DNA of 64,000 nt from Raillietiella orientalis. Taxonomy: Eukaryota. This document shows, piece after piece, positions 11,270 to 25,099 of the stretch. The stretch spans positions 1 to 64,000 of the forward strand of contig JAYWIR010000063.1 of the NCBI GenBank assembly GCA_036172245.1, in the 5' to 3' direction. The notes under the pieces are model-generated. The model saw nothing but the letters and a program-made list of their open reading frames with translations. It was not told the origin of the DNA and did no database searches. Both the position numbers and the translations under genes were made by a program. The first letter of the stretch is position 1, and each line of letters opens with the position of its first letter.

Positions 11270-13469
11270 CGCTGCCTGATCGACCACCGAACCACACGAC
11301 GCTTGCACTGGAGGAGACTTCCTGGCACGAGGAGCACCGAGAAAACACGTCCACCCTGGAGCGCACAAGGCGTTCGACTGTGTTGACCAGGAGCTTTTGT
11401 TGGAGCTCCTAAGTCGCATGGGCTTCCCACCCTCCTTGATCACCTACCTGCGCTCTTGCTGGCGGAATGCAATTATCTGCATCTTTTTTAGCAGTCAGAA
11501 GGTGTATGGCGTGCCGGTGCGGCGGGGCATCAGGCACGGCGATAGCCTGAGTCCCCTGCTCTTAAGCACCTACTTTGAGTTGGAGCTGAGAGCATATAGG
11601 GTGACTTTGTCCTCCTTGCCGAGCTCGTGACGCGGCACGCCTGTTGTAGCAGCCTATGCCGACGACCTTCTGCTCCTCATACCTATGTCCACCCCGGCGA
11701 AGGCGGTTGGAGATTTCTTCGATCTGCTCAGCCGTGGGACCGGACTGCAGGTCAACAGGGCGAAGTCGACGGTGGTGCCAGTAGGTGCGGCGTAGGCAGG
11801 GCAGCAGGACTGGGTCCGTCTGGGAATCACCACGACGAGGTGCCTCAAGTACCTTGGTGTGCCGTTGGGGGACTACTCCCCTGCGGAAGCGTGGTCCAGC
11901 TGCCTTCAAAAAGTTGAGACGGCGATCGGCCCGTTCCTGGAAGGCAAGTTTCACTTGCCGGAACGGGCCGCGGTTTGGAACGCCTTCGCGGCCCCCATCC
12001 TCCGTCCCTTGCTTTTTGTTTGCCCCGCCCCCGTGGAATCAAAAAAGCGGACGAAGGACCTCCTCCGCATAGCTCTTTGGGGCAAGGGGAGGCCCCGACT
12101 CCCTTTGAAGGACTTGTGCGCTCCGCGTCGGGACGGCGGTCTCAGCATCCTGACGCTGGAGCGCGTGGAAATCCAGCTGCGATGGCGGATCCTTGCCATC
12201 GCAGCGAAGATGTGGAGCACGCCTTGGTGCATTCCGGCCAGCCTCCTTGCAAGGCGTGTGTCCCGGTGCGAGGGACTTTCGTCTTTTCTTCTGTGCTTCG
12301 GCCGGAAGATCAGAAGTTGCGGCCTACTGCTCGGGAGTATGGCAACCCTGGCTATGGAGAACGGCTGGATGGTTTGTAGCCATGCCAACTTCTCCGCCTG
12401 GCTGAAGGAGACTGCTGGCACCTGGGCTAAGATAAACCAGAGGAGTGAAGACCCCATGAATTGCCTGCGTGTCGGTCCATACGCCCGAGGCACCCTGCGG
12501 GAATTACTTGAATTTCCCGCTGGTTGCATGTGGGCAGAGACGACCATCCTTGCTAAAGCGATGCCCTACCTCCGGAGGACTCTTAGCGGCAGCCAGAAGC
12601 CGAGGTGGCAACTCTCCTGTTGAATCGCTGGCAGTGAGAAGATGTTAAGCGGATGGACCACAGCAGAACTGGCGGACGCCACGACACCGATCTTCCAGCC
12701 GAAAGGAATTTTGCGATGGGGCGAGCTGCTCGCTATCCCCATGGATTTGCTGAAGTGGCCCCCGGTGTTGTTCGAGTCAAGGATCCTGCCCCTTACGTGG
12801 CAAGAATCGGCTCTGCTACTATTGCACTGGGGTTTATTCTGCAACGCACGCCGCTTCCACTGGACGAGGGGAGCTGTGGATCCTGCGTGTGTCAGGTGTG
12901 GGGAGCGGAAATTCCTCCCCCACCTTATTTTGAACTGTGCTGCCCTCCGACCCCTTTGGGAACGGTTCGGGACGACCCTCGGTCTCCAAACGGGCAGTAC
13001 CCCCAGAGACGTTCTCCAGCTCCTCTTCGTTTAAGACGCCCTGCAGCCAGCCGCAGCCCTCGCAGCTCTTTGCTGCGTCCGAGGCATCGTGGCGGCCTGG
13101 AGCGACCCAACAGCGAAGTCCGGGACACAAACGAGAGGGAAGTCATCCCGTATGCTGTCAGCTTCATGCGGAGAGCTGCGAGATGGCCCCAACTGGGAAG
13201 TATGCAGATGGACCTCGAGGGCTTCATTGGAAGGATGGGCCCTCCCCAAAGCGAACAGTGATCCCTTTCCTTCCCTCCAACTTCTTTTGGTTTGTTTCTT
13301 TTTATTTTTCTTTTTGTTTTATTCCCTACCTCCCTTTCCCTCCCAGGGAGTGCCCCGCCGGGCTGCGTCCCGGTGTCCCGCCAGGTACTGTGTCCATGGC
13401 CGTGGTGGGGCCTTGTACCACGCATTGTAGAGTTTATCAATAAACGTCCCTGGCGTACCCGGGTGACAA

Positions 13470-15858
13470 CACCGAATCCTTTCGGGAGACGGTTCATGGG
13501 GAACTGCTGGCAGAACTCTCGGACTGAGACTTTCAAATCGTCCCAGTCGTCGAGCGTCCTCAGGCTGAAACCTCGTAAGAACGCGCGCATGTTTTCTGCT
13601 GCGCCTGGCTTGGTCAGCCAGTCCCCCAATAGACGACACGCGTGCGAGTGGGGACCCCTGTCTCGCGGGTGAATGATGAATTCTACACGGGAGTGGTCGG
13701 AGACAGCGGACTGTAACTTACCTCGGCTGCCCACACGACAGCGCAGGTGATCGTCGAGGAAGATGTGATCCACGTTTCGCTCCATCACGGCATCTCCGGC
13801 CAACAAGTTGGATGCGTGCACCGTAGTGCACAACTCGTTAACCGGGGTGGCCTTTGTCCTCGCCGGACTTGATAGCAGGCGAATATTGAAATCGCCGGCT
13901 ATCAGGTGCGCTGTGCGTGCGCCTGCCTCCGACAGCTAGACGCGCTTGAACGCACAGAAGAATGCCGTCCGTGCCACGCGCGCGTGACCGCCGCTCTGCG
14001 CGTACTACGACCTGTCTGGTCGAAACTAACTTTCCGCACCGTGCGTTCTAAAGCAGGCTTCAGAAGGAAAGCGAGCCTGCGCGTACAGAGGTGGTCGCAT
14101 CGCCACATAAGCTGACCCCGTGCTATCCTCTCGATCTTTCGCGCATGTTCTGCAGAGATCTGATGGATCTCCTGCAGAAGCACGAGGTCGAAGGCTTGCA
14201 AGGTGGCAGCTATGTCTCGTCTCCTGCCGTCATCGCAAAGCCCGTTGACGTTCCAACTGGCGATGCGGATTTGACGGAATGTGGCGTGTCCCGGCATTAC
14301 TGCTGGGAAAGTGATGCAGCTTCTCCCGCTTCCCTATCGGGCGGGATGCTTTCTTTTTCCTCTGCGGTGGAGAGAGCCTGGACGATCCCCTCCGCCTACA
14401 TCGGCTCCGTCTCGACCGGGCGTGGGAGTTCAGGACTCGTGTCCATTTCTCCCACGCTCGCCGCACCCTCGTTTTCGGAGGATTCCCCTTCCTCGGAGGA
14501 GGCGATCCTCCTCGGGTTACGGATTTTCCGTCCGGTCTTCCTCGGGGGTGCAGACGCCGATGGTTCGTGTCCGGCCTCCGGGTCCGAGTCCGAGGTCCCG
14601 GGCCCCCTCCTTTCGGCCGGACGTCGCACGGCGTTCTTCCCGCCCTTTGCGAGTGGTGACGGAACGGCGGCGGCGAGCTCAGCGGCGTCTTTCGCAAAGT
14701 CAGCGTCAACGCGGCTCTCCCCATCGCCGCAGCCCTCGGCCGCTGTTTGCACAGCGACGGGGCTGTCAGCGTTGTTGCACACGGCAACAGACTGTTCACA
14801 CGGCACTTCGGCGTCTGTATGACGCTCCAGTGCGATCGTGCATTTCTTCAGTCCCTGCTTTTTGGCGGGTTTCGCGGTTTTTGCGGGGACTTTATTCTTC
14901 TTTTTTAAATTTTCTCTTCTATTCCTTACCTTTTGCCAGTCAAACTCTTCTCCTTCCACCCCGGTTGCTTGTGTTTCCGCAGAAGGGGTGGTCGGCGTGT
15001 CCTTTTCAGCTGGCTCCGGGTCAACCTTTTTTTCAGCCTTTTTTTACTTGCGGCAGGTGATGTTGGGGCAGCGTTTCTTCACGTGCCCCGTAGCATCACA
15101 GAATGCGCAGTATTTGGGTTTCCTCAGATACCAGATGTCGACAGTATCTCCGCTGACAACCAGTTTGTGGGGAATCATAACGTCCTTTGCAACCGTGATG
15201 TGCGCAGCTGCAAGCCCGCTTAGAAGTCCGTCATAAGTACGGAGTCTGCTGGGCTTCGCCCACAGTGCGTGCACGGTGCCGAATTTGCTCAATGAAGCCC
15301 TGACGGCACTCGCGGACATCCTTAGGGTGATTTCGCGGAGGTGGACAACTATTGAGTTGTCCACCGGGACAGGGAAGATCTGGCGGCCTTCGATCCTAAC
15401 GAGGGTTCGCAGCAGTCTTTGTGCCAACCCTGCTTCTTTGCAGGTGAGCTCGAATTGCTGCCCCCTGCTGCGGATGGAGAGACCCAGCAGATCCTCCTTC
15501 TTAACATTCAAACGGTGCCGCTCCTGCTCAAAGGAGCGCGCCACACGATCATCGAACACCCGGCCTACCTTATACAGCAGGCTCGGATTGTAATTGTAGG
15601 CCTTGTAGGCCTGGACCTCGGCCATGGCCGCTGCAGATGTCCCGGCGACCACGGCTCTGTAGTCCCTCGCTGGCGCGGGAGACGAAGCTTTCGGGGCAGG
15701 TGCACCCACCTACATGGGGACGGGTAACGTTCGACCGTCGCTCCCCCCCCACATTCACTAGTGGCGGGATCAGGCATTTCTGCCATCCTCCGACCACTGA
15801 TTTACTGCACTACACCACTACACACGGGCGAGTCAGGAGCGCGTGAGGTACACTTCCG
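13470..15858 (-). mobile_element. S-lineage LINE 5' half: ORF1 (15786-14297, disrupted) and EN (14297-13470)
   Basis: MAEMPDPATSEC; CAFCDATGHVKKRC; TAATG overlap at 14295-14299; WNVNG, QEIH, GDFN, SDH; ends at FPMNRLPKGFG. Confidence 0.9.
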
Positions 15859-15859
15859 A

Positions 15860-16522
15860 CCGTCGGCACTCCTGGTGTTGTATTGGGGCTTGCCTTGCAA
15901 CGCCCGTCGACACCACTGGACGTGGGAGGGTTTCAACCCCAATTGTGTCAGATGCGGGGAGAGGGAACACCTCCCTTACTTGTTAGTGGATTGTGTTTCC
16001 TCCGTCCCTAGTGGGAACGCTTTGCTGCGGCCCTGGTTATCCCCGGAGGCAACCCCAGAGACGCATTGTGCCCCCTCTTCGTCCGTGACGCCCTGTCTAA
16101 TGCGGCCCGCTTGCAGCCCTGTGCTGCCTACGCGGGATCGTCATGGCCTGAAGCAAAGCGACGGGAGGGTCCAGCGACAGAGATGCCACCGTGTACGCCG
16201 CCCGTTTCATGAGGATGGCAACGCGATGGCCCCATCTGAAATCCACCATTCAACAACAGCTTGCCGGCATCCTCCAGAAGATGACGGTCCCTCCCAGCAG
16301 ACAGTGATCTCTTCCCTCTCCCTCTCAAATTTTGTCTATTTTCTTATTCTATTTTTGGTTCGTTCCCCCTCCCCTCTGCTGCCGAGGTCTACCGCGCCGT
16401 TCTGAGCACCGGTAGCCCGGCAGGCTAAATGTTTTTAGGGCGTGGCTGGACTACTGGTCCAGTCGCAGATTATGGAGGTTTGTTTGAAAGAATAAACGTC
16501 TCGGCGCTACCGGGTTTCAATA
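15860..16522 (+). mobile_element. V-lineage LINE 3' fragment (copy V1)
   Basis: SALLVLYWGLPCNARRHHW...CVRCGEREHLPYLLVDC; 3' UTR homologous to V2; AATAAA at 16491. Confidence 0.9.
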
Positions 16523-18785
16523 GAAAATCTGGAGCGTGACGTCTTTCAGCAAATGGCGAAGATTCTCTTTCTCACCTCAGAGCCGCGTGCAGTCTCCCAG
16601 CAGACGTCACGCCCTGGATGGCGATCCCTTGTCCCGCGAGCATATCTCGAAATTTAACCGGGAACGGTCCTACAGCGTGGACGCAAGTTACCCTCATTTG
16701 CCTACCCGTGGGCACAGGTCAGAGTCTAGGAAGACGTGGTCGATTCTGCGGACCATTCCATCAGCGTACTCAAACAAGTTGCGCGCACGCATGGTGGCGC
16801 ACAACTCCTTCGTCGGTTCTCCTGTGTTTCGGTCTGAACTGAAGGCAGGCGGAGATTGAAATCCCCTGCTAACAGATGCACCTTTTTCTCCACCGTAGCC
16901 ATTAGCTATTCGCGTTTGAAGGTTTCCAGCAACGCATTGCGTTCCTTGTAACCCTGTTTACTGCTGGGAGCGTACACGGCTGTGACGATCAGATCGATCG
17001 AGTTGGACCATCTGAGAATCAGTTGTTCGATGCGACCTTCGTTCTCAAAGCGCGCAATTTCTCGGCAGCGTCGACGGATGGCTTCACAAAGAACGGGACC
17101 CCACTGGTTCTGCGGGCGCTGCATTACCAGAACAACCGACTCCTCGCGATCGACTCGATCTCCTGGACGTCTACCGCAGTGATCACATGGATCTCCTGCA
17201 GCGGAGCTAGGTCGAGCTAACGCAGGGTGTCGGCTGTATCTCGCCTGTTACCGTCGTCGCGCAGCCCGTTGACATTCCTACAGGCCGCGCGAATTCGACG
17301 ACGACTGGCGAGTCCAGGTGTCAATCCTGGGAAACCGGCGTTGCGGTGTCCGCCACCTGCTGGGGCGGGACGCAAGGTGGAGGAGGGGGATGCTGAGGGC
17401 ACCTGGTCCCCCTCCTCCATGGATGTCGGCGCGTCGGGCGAGTCACCCTCAAGTGGAGTCGCGCCTACTTGTTCGCCCACCTCCATGTGGGCAGGCTGTT
17501 CAGGGTCGGCGACTGCAGGGAGGACTTCGCCCCCCTGCTTACCCTTCTCCATGGGGGTGGCCTGCTCAGCGACTTCCGATCGTGGGAGTTCCCCGTTAAG
17601 GGTTCCCACACTGCCGTCTGCTGCCGTCTTCTTCTCCTCGCTGGTGGAGGGGAGGCGCCTTCTGGGCTTCTGGAACTTGCGTGCCGCTTTCATGGGGCGT
17701 GCCTCCGAGGAGGAGGATGTGCTTCCGTCCCTTAGGTCGCACTCACCTGTGGTGACCTGCTTTGCTGGAGTCGGCCTTCGCACGGCCTTGCGCGAGGGGT
17801 TCTCGCTCTCGGCCAGGGTGGCCGCGAGCTCCACCGGCGCCTTCTCGAAAGCGGCGTCCTCGTTTTCGCCGGTCGCGTCGCGCGGCTCACGGTCTGTGGA
17901 AACAGATGGCTCGCCTTCTCGAACCTCAGGCGCGGCGCAAGCGGCGAGAGGTTTATCTTCGCTCCGAGTGGCAGCCTCGGGAACGGCAACGCGCTTCAGT
18001 GCTACCGACCACTCACGGAAGGTTTCCGGACGTGGCTTCTTCTTTGGCTGAATCGCTTTGGTCGCGAATTTCTTCATGTATTTCTCGGTTTTTGCAGCCG
18101 GTTTGGCTGTTTGGCTTTTACCTGCTTCCAGCCCTTCTCGTTTTTCCGCGTCGTCGAGAACTGTTTTCTTAGACACCTGTGTAGAAAAAAGGGAGCTGGC
18201 GGCTGTTGCCGGCCATTCTATCTTTGAGGTCTTTCGACCTCATGAAGTCTCCTTCCCTGCCTTTTTTTTGGCAGCAGGTTGCATCAGAGCTGGGCGTTTC
18301 GGACACACTCGTCGGACGTGTCCCTTTGCTCCGCTCAAATAGCACTCAATATTCGGCTACCTCTAACGGAGGTTCCCTGCTACATTGCAGTACCCGCAAT
18401 ACCGTGGTTTCCTTAAGTACCAGAGGTCGACGGCCTCGTTGGCCACCTTCAGTTTGGGAGGAAGCCCACAATCATCTTTTGCCGTGAAACGCGCCGCGGC
18501 CTGTTTCCCGAAGGGGTTATTGTGGCCCTCAAATATCGTGGGCTGCTCTCATAGCGCGTGCACGTCTTTATACTTTTTCAGTTCTTTACTAATTTCAGAT
18601 TCCTCTTGAGGTTAGTGATGCCGGTACGATGGACCACCAAGGAGCGTTCCATTGTTACAGGTAAGATTTTGCGGCCATCTGCGTTCAGCAGGGTATTAAT
18701 TAAGCGCTGGGCCAAGGTGAAGTGTTTACAGACTACCTCGACGCGCTGACCCCCGCTGATGACGGAGAGACCGTCAAGATTCTTA
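16523..18785 (-). mobile_element. Decayed G-lineage LINE: partial ORF1 and EN to VTLQ
   Basis: DLDGLSVISGGQRVEV; ORF1 tail; TGACA overlap at 17319-17323; TPGLASRRRIRAAC; GDFN; ENLRHLLKDVTLQ. Confidence 0.85.
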
Positions 18786-18789
18786 CGCT

Positions 18790-21700
18790 CGGGAGCGGAA
18801 TGATGTACGGAGAGGATTGCAGCGCTGTCATGGTCGCCGTACTTTTCTTTCGGTAGGGCTTCTATTCCTCGGAAGAAAACATCTACTAAAGTCTCCTAAA
18901 ATTTCGTGGAGAATTCCGAGGTGGTGCACATGCGGGTGGTGCGACTCCGGACCACGGATGGGAGTCCAGGATCTGGTGATTCTTCTTGAGACCCGACGTC
19001 TGACGACCTTTTCGCGGCCTTCATTCAGATAACTGCAACGAATACTCAGCTGTACTTAATTTTGCGGCACAATCCAACTACCATGTCATTTCTCTACTCG
19101 AGTGAGAAGAGATGAAATGGATTTCAACAGAGGTTGAGTGACAGACAGGAAGAGCAAAAAGCGAGTCTGAGCTCCCAATTTGTGCTGTTATGGAAGCGTT
19201 TTCTATGAATAAAGCATTCTTTTCCCGGCACCCTCACTTTATTTTCGAACATCCAAAGGTTGTTAATGAGGCTGAATTTCGATTATCATGACTTTCTGAA
19301 CGTCAGGTTGCAATGCAGATTTCTGAATATGCACCAAACATAAAACGGTGTCGAGAGTACAGCTTTCCTTTCTAGATGTTCCTCTCTAGAATGGAAGTTT
19401 GGTTAACACATGTAGAACACACTGTCTTTGCTATCGCGCTGCTTTATGTTTGCGATCATTGCGTTCCGACAAAATTGCTACGTTTTGGGAGAGCATTTCG
19501 AAAAGGACTACATGTGCTCGATCAGTGGACATAGAAAATGCAGCGCTAGCTGTCCGAATGTTGAAAATCATCCACTCTGATGTCTTTCCTCATACATTCA
19601 GAAGCAGGTACACTCCAAAAAAATTCGCAATCCAATGAAAAAGATCACGGGCACGACCTTTGAGTATTGATCGCCATATTTCGTGTGCAGATGAAATTTT
19701 CTAACCAATTATCAAAACGAATTCGACATCGACTGAAGGAACCAATCCCATCGATATTTGGTACAGAAAATTGCGTTTTCCTCTTCTTCAATCGTACTAT
19801 GTAATCGATGTTTGATCTGTATATTGTCTTTCGGATAGCGTGTGCATTAGAGGTATAGAAAAAACCTTACTCTTTTTGAGGAATATGATATGAACATTGA
19901 CAATTTTCCGAAGGTGCAGAAATCATGACAGAGACTTGAATAGAGGTGTTTGAAGATGACTGCGGGCAGCTGTAAAAGTTTGTTTCAAACATTTCGAAGC
20001 ACTACCTCTATACCTAAGTCACATCTTTCAGCTTTCATTGGGAGCCACACCACCTCACATTCTTTTATATTGTCAATATTCTCGGAGAAGGTGTCGAATT
20101 CACAGGGTCCATAAGTTTCACCTAATCTCAAGTTGTCGCTGGCACAAATAAAGAAGTAGGTGACACCAAAGTAACTAACAAGGATTGTACTTTTCACCAG
20201 ATAAAGTAACTGAAAAAAAGAAATTAGCGATTTCAAATCAAAGTAAGTGGTCAGCACTATTGTTTCGGAAGAAACATAAAGAAATATTCAATACTCATTC
20301 TGTACCCTTCTTGGTGTGGGTAGCCACAACAACACCGTGGAATAGACGTCATTTTTCTAGCAGCTTCCTTACTTTGCACTCACAGCGACCCTCGTTATAA
20401 ATTGGATGACAGTGATAAAGCGCCACTTCATCATCAAATGCTGAGTGCAACTATCGTGAATTCGAAAGACACTTAGAGTAGGCAAAAAGGGGAGGCATTG
20501 AGAGGCAACGAGAACGATCGAAGACAAGTACATGTTGCGAACTCGAGCAATCTCAGTGGTGCTATGTTAATACACCGATGCTGTTCTCTGTGAACATAGC
20601 ACTGGTCTCACTCTCCCTTATTTTGGATAATACAGAAAAGTGTGAGACGCATTACAAATCGTGGTCGGTGATCGGAACGTGATGGGGACAGAGAATGAAA
20701 AACTCAACAGAGAATGATGCAATTTTATCCCAAATAGCCACGCGGAGATCAAAGGCTTGTTCAATACCAGGCATTCGCCTTCTTCAACTCATGAGGGCTA
20801 AGCATGGAAAGAAGACCGTGAGCCATTGTCGCCCTTGGCCTGCCTCTGGCCATTTGACTAGAGGCCTTCGCAACATCCTCATTATGGAGGCAACCTGGAA
20901 TCCTTCGCCATGGTGGCTGCACAGCGCGAGTTGTTGCGAAGGCTCACTCGTCGGAGATTCAGAACCGTAGGTTACCATTGAGGAAGCGCAAACGTATTCT
21001 TCCCTCCTGCAGCACATCGCGCTTCACTGCGGTCACAAACCGTGGGGTCTTACAACTCGCCCAGGAAGATTCATCTGTATCCGCGGCATGCATTCAGGGA
21101 GTTCCTACCAGGCTATCCATCTTCAGCAGCATCTTCCTCTACTTTGTGGAAACTGCAACTTGCACTTCACTAAACCTCAGAGCACCGATGCCTGGCTACA
21201 TGAGTTGTGAGCAACTGCATGGAGATTTCTGAAAGTTGCTCCATTTGCTCACCCTCGCCTGGCGGTGATGCAGAGATGGCGTGTGAACGAAAACTGGAAA
21301 ACGTGCAGCCATCCTTCGCAAAATCTGTTAAACAGAGATGCGTGCGATGTCTTCATTTTCCCAGCATGTGCTGATGAGAACTTTGAGAGTCGTTCACAGA
21401 GAACATCGGATGGATTCTGCCTTTTCTCTCGGCGGAGTAGGAAAAAGTTTTATGGAGGGTTTCCACAACTACGGAAAAGTATGGAAAAAGAAACATTCAC
21501 CAAGCTGAGTACAGAAAAATTAGAATAACAAGCAACAAAAAATGCTGCTTCAGATGACGCCATGATGCATAACATTAATCTGATATCGAAAGGAGAATAC
21601 AGTTTTCTATTTTTATGTAACCAGGACGAAACTCTGCAATGCAAACTGTTCATGCCTGCCCTTTTCAAAGGCATCATTGGAGAATCACTTTATCCTAAAG

Positions 21701-24700
21701 TCCTCTGTGAGTTAGTCACTCACGGAAAATGCCTTTTCGCTTCCTGTTACCACCAGGATTGCCAAGAGGTTTCTACGGCGTATTCGCGCAGACACGTTTC
21801 CACGCCAGACATCAACAAGCATCACCATGGTAACTGAATCACACGCGTACACATCTGCGAGTTGCCTTTCTATATGGGAATGGTTTCTGGATCAAATTCA
21901 TCTTCATAGGAGACTCATCGAAAGATTAGGTGCTTGGCGTGATTGTGCCTAAACGAATGAACCGTGACCTTTGGAAATCCAAGATTTCGCAAATGTTCCC
22001 TATTGTGGAAAATAACCCAACATTCGTGAGTTTCATATATGGTGATTCCTTAATCAGCCTCTTTACTGCTGGGATCAAAAACGCACGGAATCTTCTGAAA
22101 CGCCAAAGAAGTCATTCCTTCCTACCGGCACAGTGGGTGTGTGTTCTGCATTTTTTCAGAGAAGAATGTGGGTTTCCACAAAAAATTGAAATAGATAATG
22201 AATATGCCGACATCAGGTGAGTGGGGAAGACTTTGCTCGTAATGTTGCGAAAGCATAATAAATAAAGCTGCCATTTACAGTACACATTCATTTGATTTTT
22301 TTTCCGGAGCAGCAAGAGGTGGTTCACACTACTCTGAACTCTTCAAAAAATGAGCACCACCAAGCAGTCTGAACACGGAAACCAACAATTCATGGTGAAT
22401 GGCGTTGGCACAAGTACAACTCGATTTAAAGGTACATTCCTGAAATGAAAGTTTCTTTAGCGGATGGCAATCGAGCACCGGGAAAGCTCGCGTGTGCGGA
22501 TTCCCAGTTTCCCGAAGACTTTACGAAAACGGTCTTCACCAAAACTCGAAATGAGTACTTTTCCATGTTTGACCTCTCGCTAGGAAAAATGGTCAGCGGC
22601 TCGGTTGCTGCATGTGTCAGAGCCGTAAAAGTGTTCAACAGAAATTGTGTGCTGCCCGTGAGGTGAGAGGCAGCTGCGCTGATGGAGCAGAAGATCCAGT
22701 TGGTTCTGGTTTCTAGGTAACACTCCAAGTAAAAGCACGATGGCCTTTGCAATTCCTGATAATGTTATTCAGCGATTCTATGCAGAAGGGGCACTATGCA
22801 AACAACCCTGCAAGCACCATACAAATTACAGGAATTGTGAGTTTTCTGAAGACCACAGTGTTGGCGTGACGGAACATAAACAGCTATGTTTTTACGAAAA
22901 GCCTTCAAACTTACGCATCGCAAACCGTCATGGATGTACAGTTAATATTGCATTGACACTCCGCTGGAGGTTCCTTTATTTCGAGTGTAACGTTCTAGTT
23001 ATCACGCAGAAACTCTTGAAATCAGTGATCGCTTTTTTTGTAATATACATTCATGGTACCTGGAATTTGGGATAACAAGATTGCCTATGAATATCGTGGA
23101 TGTCCTCCTCCATTCGAGCAAATATGGCTTTCGTACAGACGTTGCTTGCTGGGGATCCACGAGATCTAGAGCACCATGCTTGCCTCTTCTTTCAAGAAAG
23201 AAGGATCTGCATCGCTTCCGGAGGAGTAACAGTCAGCGTGTAAGTTGACCGTCACAACAAGAAGGCGGACATTTGAAAACTGACAAGATAAATGGAGTCT
23301 AATTTGGAGTCCAATTCCGCAAGAAAATAAGAGTAGTTACGGATTTCCAATCTATGAGAAAAACTCGGGAATCTCAGTGCTGGTTTTGGGCAGAATTTCT
23401 GACTCGCAGCGATCACATTCTACGGCCACGACCATCGAGGCGCCGCAACGAAGGGAATGAGCACAGTAGCCAAAGTACAACTTGTACAACTTAATTTAAC
23501 CGTCAGTTGCGATTTCGAAGATAAGAGACGCTTTTCAGGGAGAGCTTTCAAGTAAGGCACGAAATTCAACTACCAAAAATAAGAGAGCAATAAAGGATCA
23601 TTGCACATATAAGCAGAGTGTCGTGTAAGGACGTGAGCATGCGAAGCTTCAGCCACAGCCCCCGCTATATGCTTTTTCCGCCGAAGACACGATGCCGTGT
23701 CCGAAATCACGAATGATGATTTTTCATGCACCCTCAAGCAAAGAGAGTCATGCATGGAAACGTCTTTCCAGGTCTTGTAAAGGGAGCGCACTTTCCAGGG
23801 CGAGGGCGCTTCATCGCCAGCGTATACTGCTTCCCGGAATTTGCATGGGAGCAGCCCCATTCAGAGAGCAGCCGTTCGCTAATTCGCAGCAGCGATGGCA
23901 CGGCGTCTACTCTTGGCGGTTCGATGGCCCGTATTCTCGAGTACACTGCACGGAAAAGCCACTCGTGTACCATGAAAACATTTGCAGAGTGCGGTAATTC
24001 ACTCAAAGCAGATGAAGTATTCGAAATCCTCGCCTCCCTTTGGAAGCAGTGCAAACAGCTCAAAGAACTTTGTAGCTGATCTGAAGGAGAGGACTCCATT
24101 GAGGCAACACATACAAAACCACAACCGGCGGACTAGACCATCATCTATGAGCAGCAAACATGCAAGTGGTTCTCACTGTTATTTTTTTTCGGAAGCTTTT
24201 GTCTTCACTTGATGTAGATGGAGGTGTTCCACGCCCTAAATTAGTGCAAACAGAACTCAACGCACTGCAGTTCTGATCAGCTGCAAGAGGATCTCTCAAA
24301 GATGGCACAGATGCGCGCACTTGTAGAAGGCATGTGTAGCAGCACTAAAAATTTGTTCTCCTTCATCAAAAATTTTCAAAGACAAGCGTGGAGCAGATGC
24401 TCCACATCCAGAATTATTTATGTTTCGGCATTAACGTGCGACCACGCGCAAACATTTCAAGCAGAGTGAACAGCTTGACTCGCCCATTTCAAAGACAAAT
24501 GATAGCCTCCTGTGGCAGCATTCGCGCGAATGTGCGCTCACCAGAGCATCCCTAAAGTGCAGTGAAAATGCATGAGCACCCTAACCAGAAGTGACCTTGC
24601 TGCAAAAATTGGACGCGGGACTTCATATTCAATCCGATATTTTCCAACTTTTGAGCATACCACAAGCAATTCTAAAGCGCCGACACTTCACAGTGGAATT

Positions 24701-25000
24701 ATCAGCATCATCGTGGAGAAAGTTCCTATTCCTGCACTGCGTTCTTGGCGTGCATCTCAAAAGAAATGCTCGGAAAAATTTTCTGTCGCTTCCAATTTTT
24801 TCCTTGCAATCAACTCCAGAAGCAAGACTTCAAGAAGATGCACATGCAGCCCGATTCGCCCTTTCTGATGGAATCGAACGTGCTGCACCCAGCCTCCAGC
24901 GATTTACCAGATGCAGCGCATTCTCTGCAGGAGTGCCAAGTCAAAGTGGCACAGAGAGTCCGTCACGCTGCTCTCCCTCCTAGGTTTCCTGATCGGCTGG
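18790..25000. other. Lower-GC, LINE-free island; no recognisable gene
   Basis: Visibly more AT-rich, no LINE motifs, only short unrecognised ORFs, and a few splice-like signals near 22150-22670. Confidence 0.6.
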
Positions 25001-25099
25001 TTGATCTGCGGCATTTCGGGACAATCTTCTGGACGAGCGAGCTTGTGGACTGCACGCCCAGATGTTCTCCACAAAAAATAGCAAACAACCTTTGGGAGG

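Larger units (their letters stand above)
5798..11363 (-). mobile_element. Full-length Tx1-like LINE K1 (~5.57 kb) with 14-bp target-site duplication
   Basis: 5' GGACGTGTTTT, ORF1, TAATG overlap, ORF2, AATAAA-hairpin end. Flanked by CATAAGGCGTTCGA (5784-5797) and CACAAGGCGTTCGA (11364-11377). Confidence 0.95.
5527..13469 (+). mobile_element. Host LINE (RT to 3' end; probably G lineage), split by K1 into 5527-5797 and 11364-13469
   Basis: RT reads AKLLAGLW...AVDLHKAFD, then resumes HKAFDCVDQELL...GIRHGDSLSP...AYADD...YLGV...CVRCGE. Stop at 13259-13261; AATAAA at 13439 plus hairpin. Confidence 0.9.

Noticed and set aside
21265..21837. Consecutive short ORFs as a decayed gene or transposase
   Set aside because: I cannot recognise any motif.
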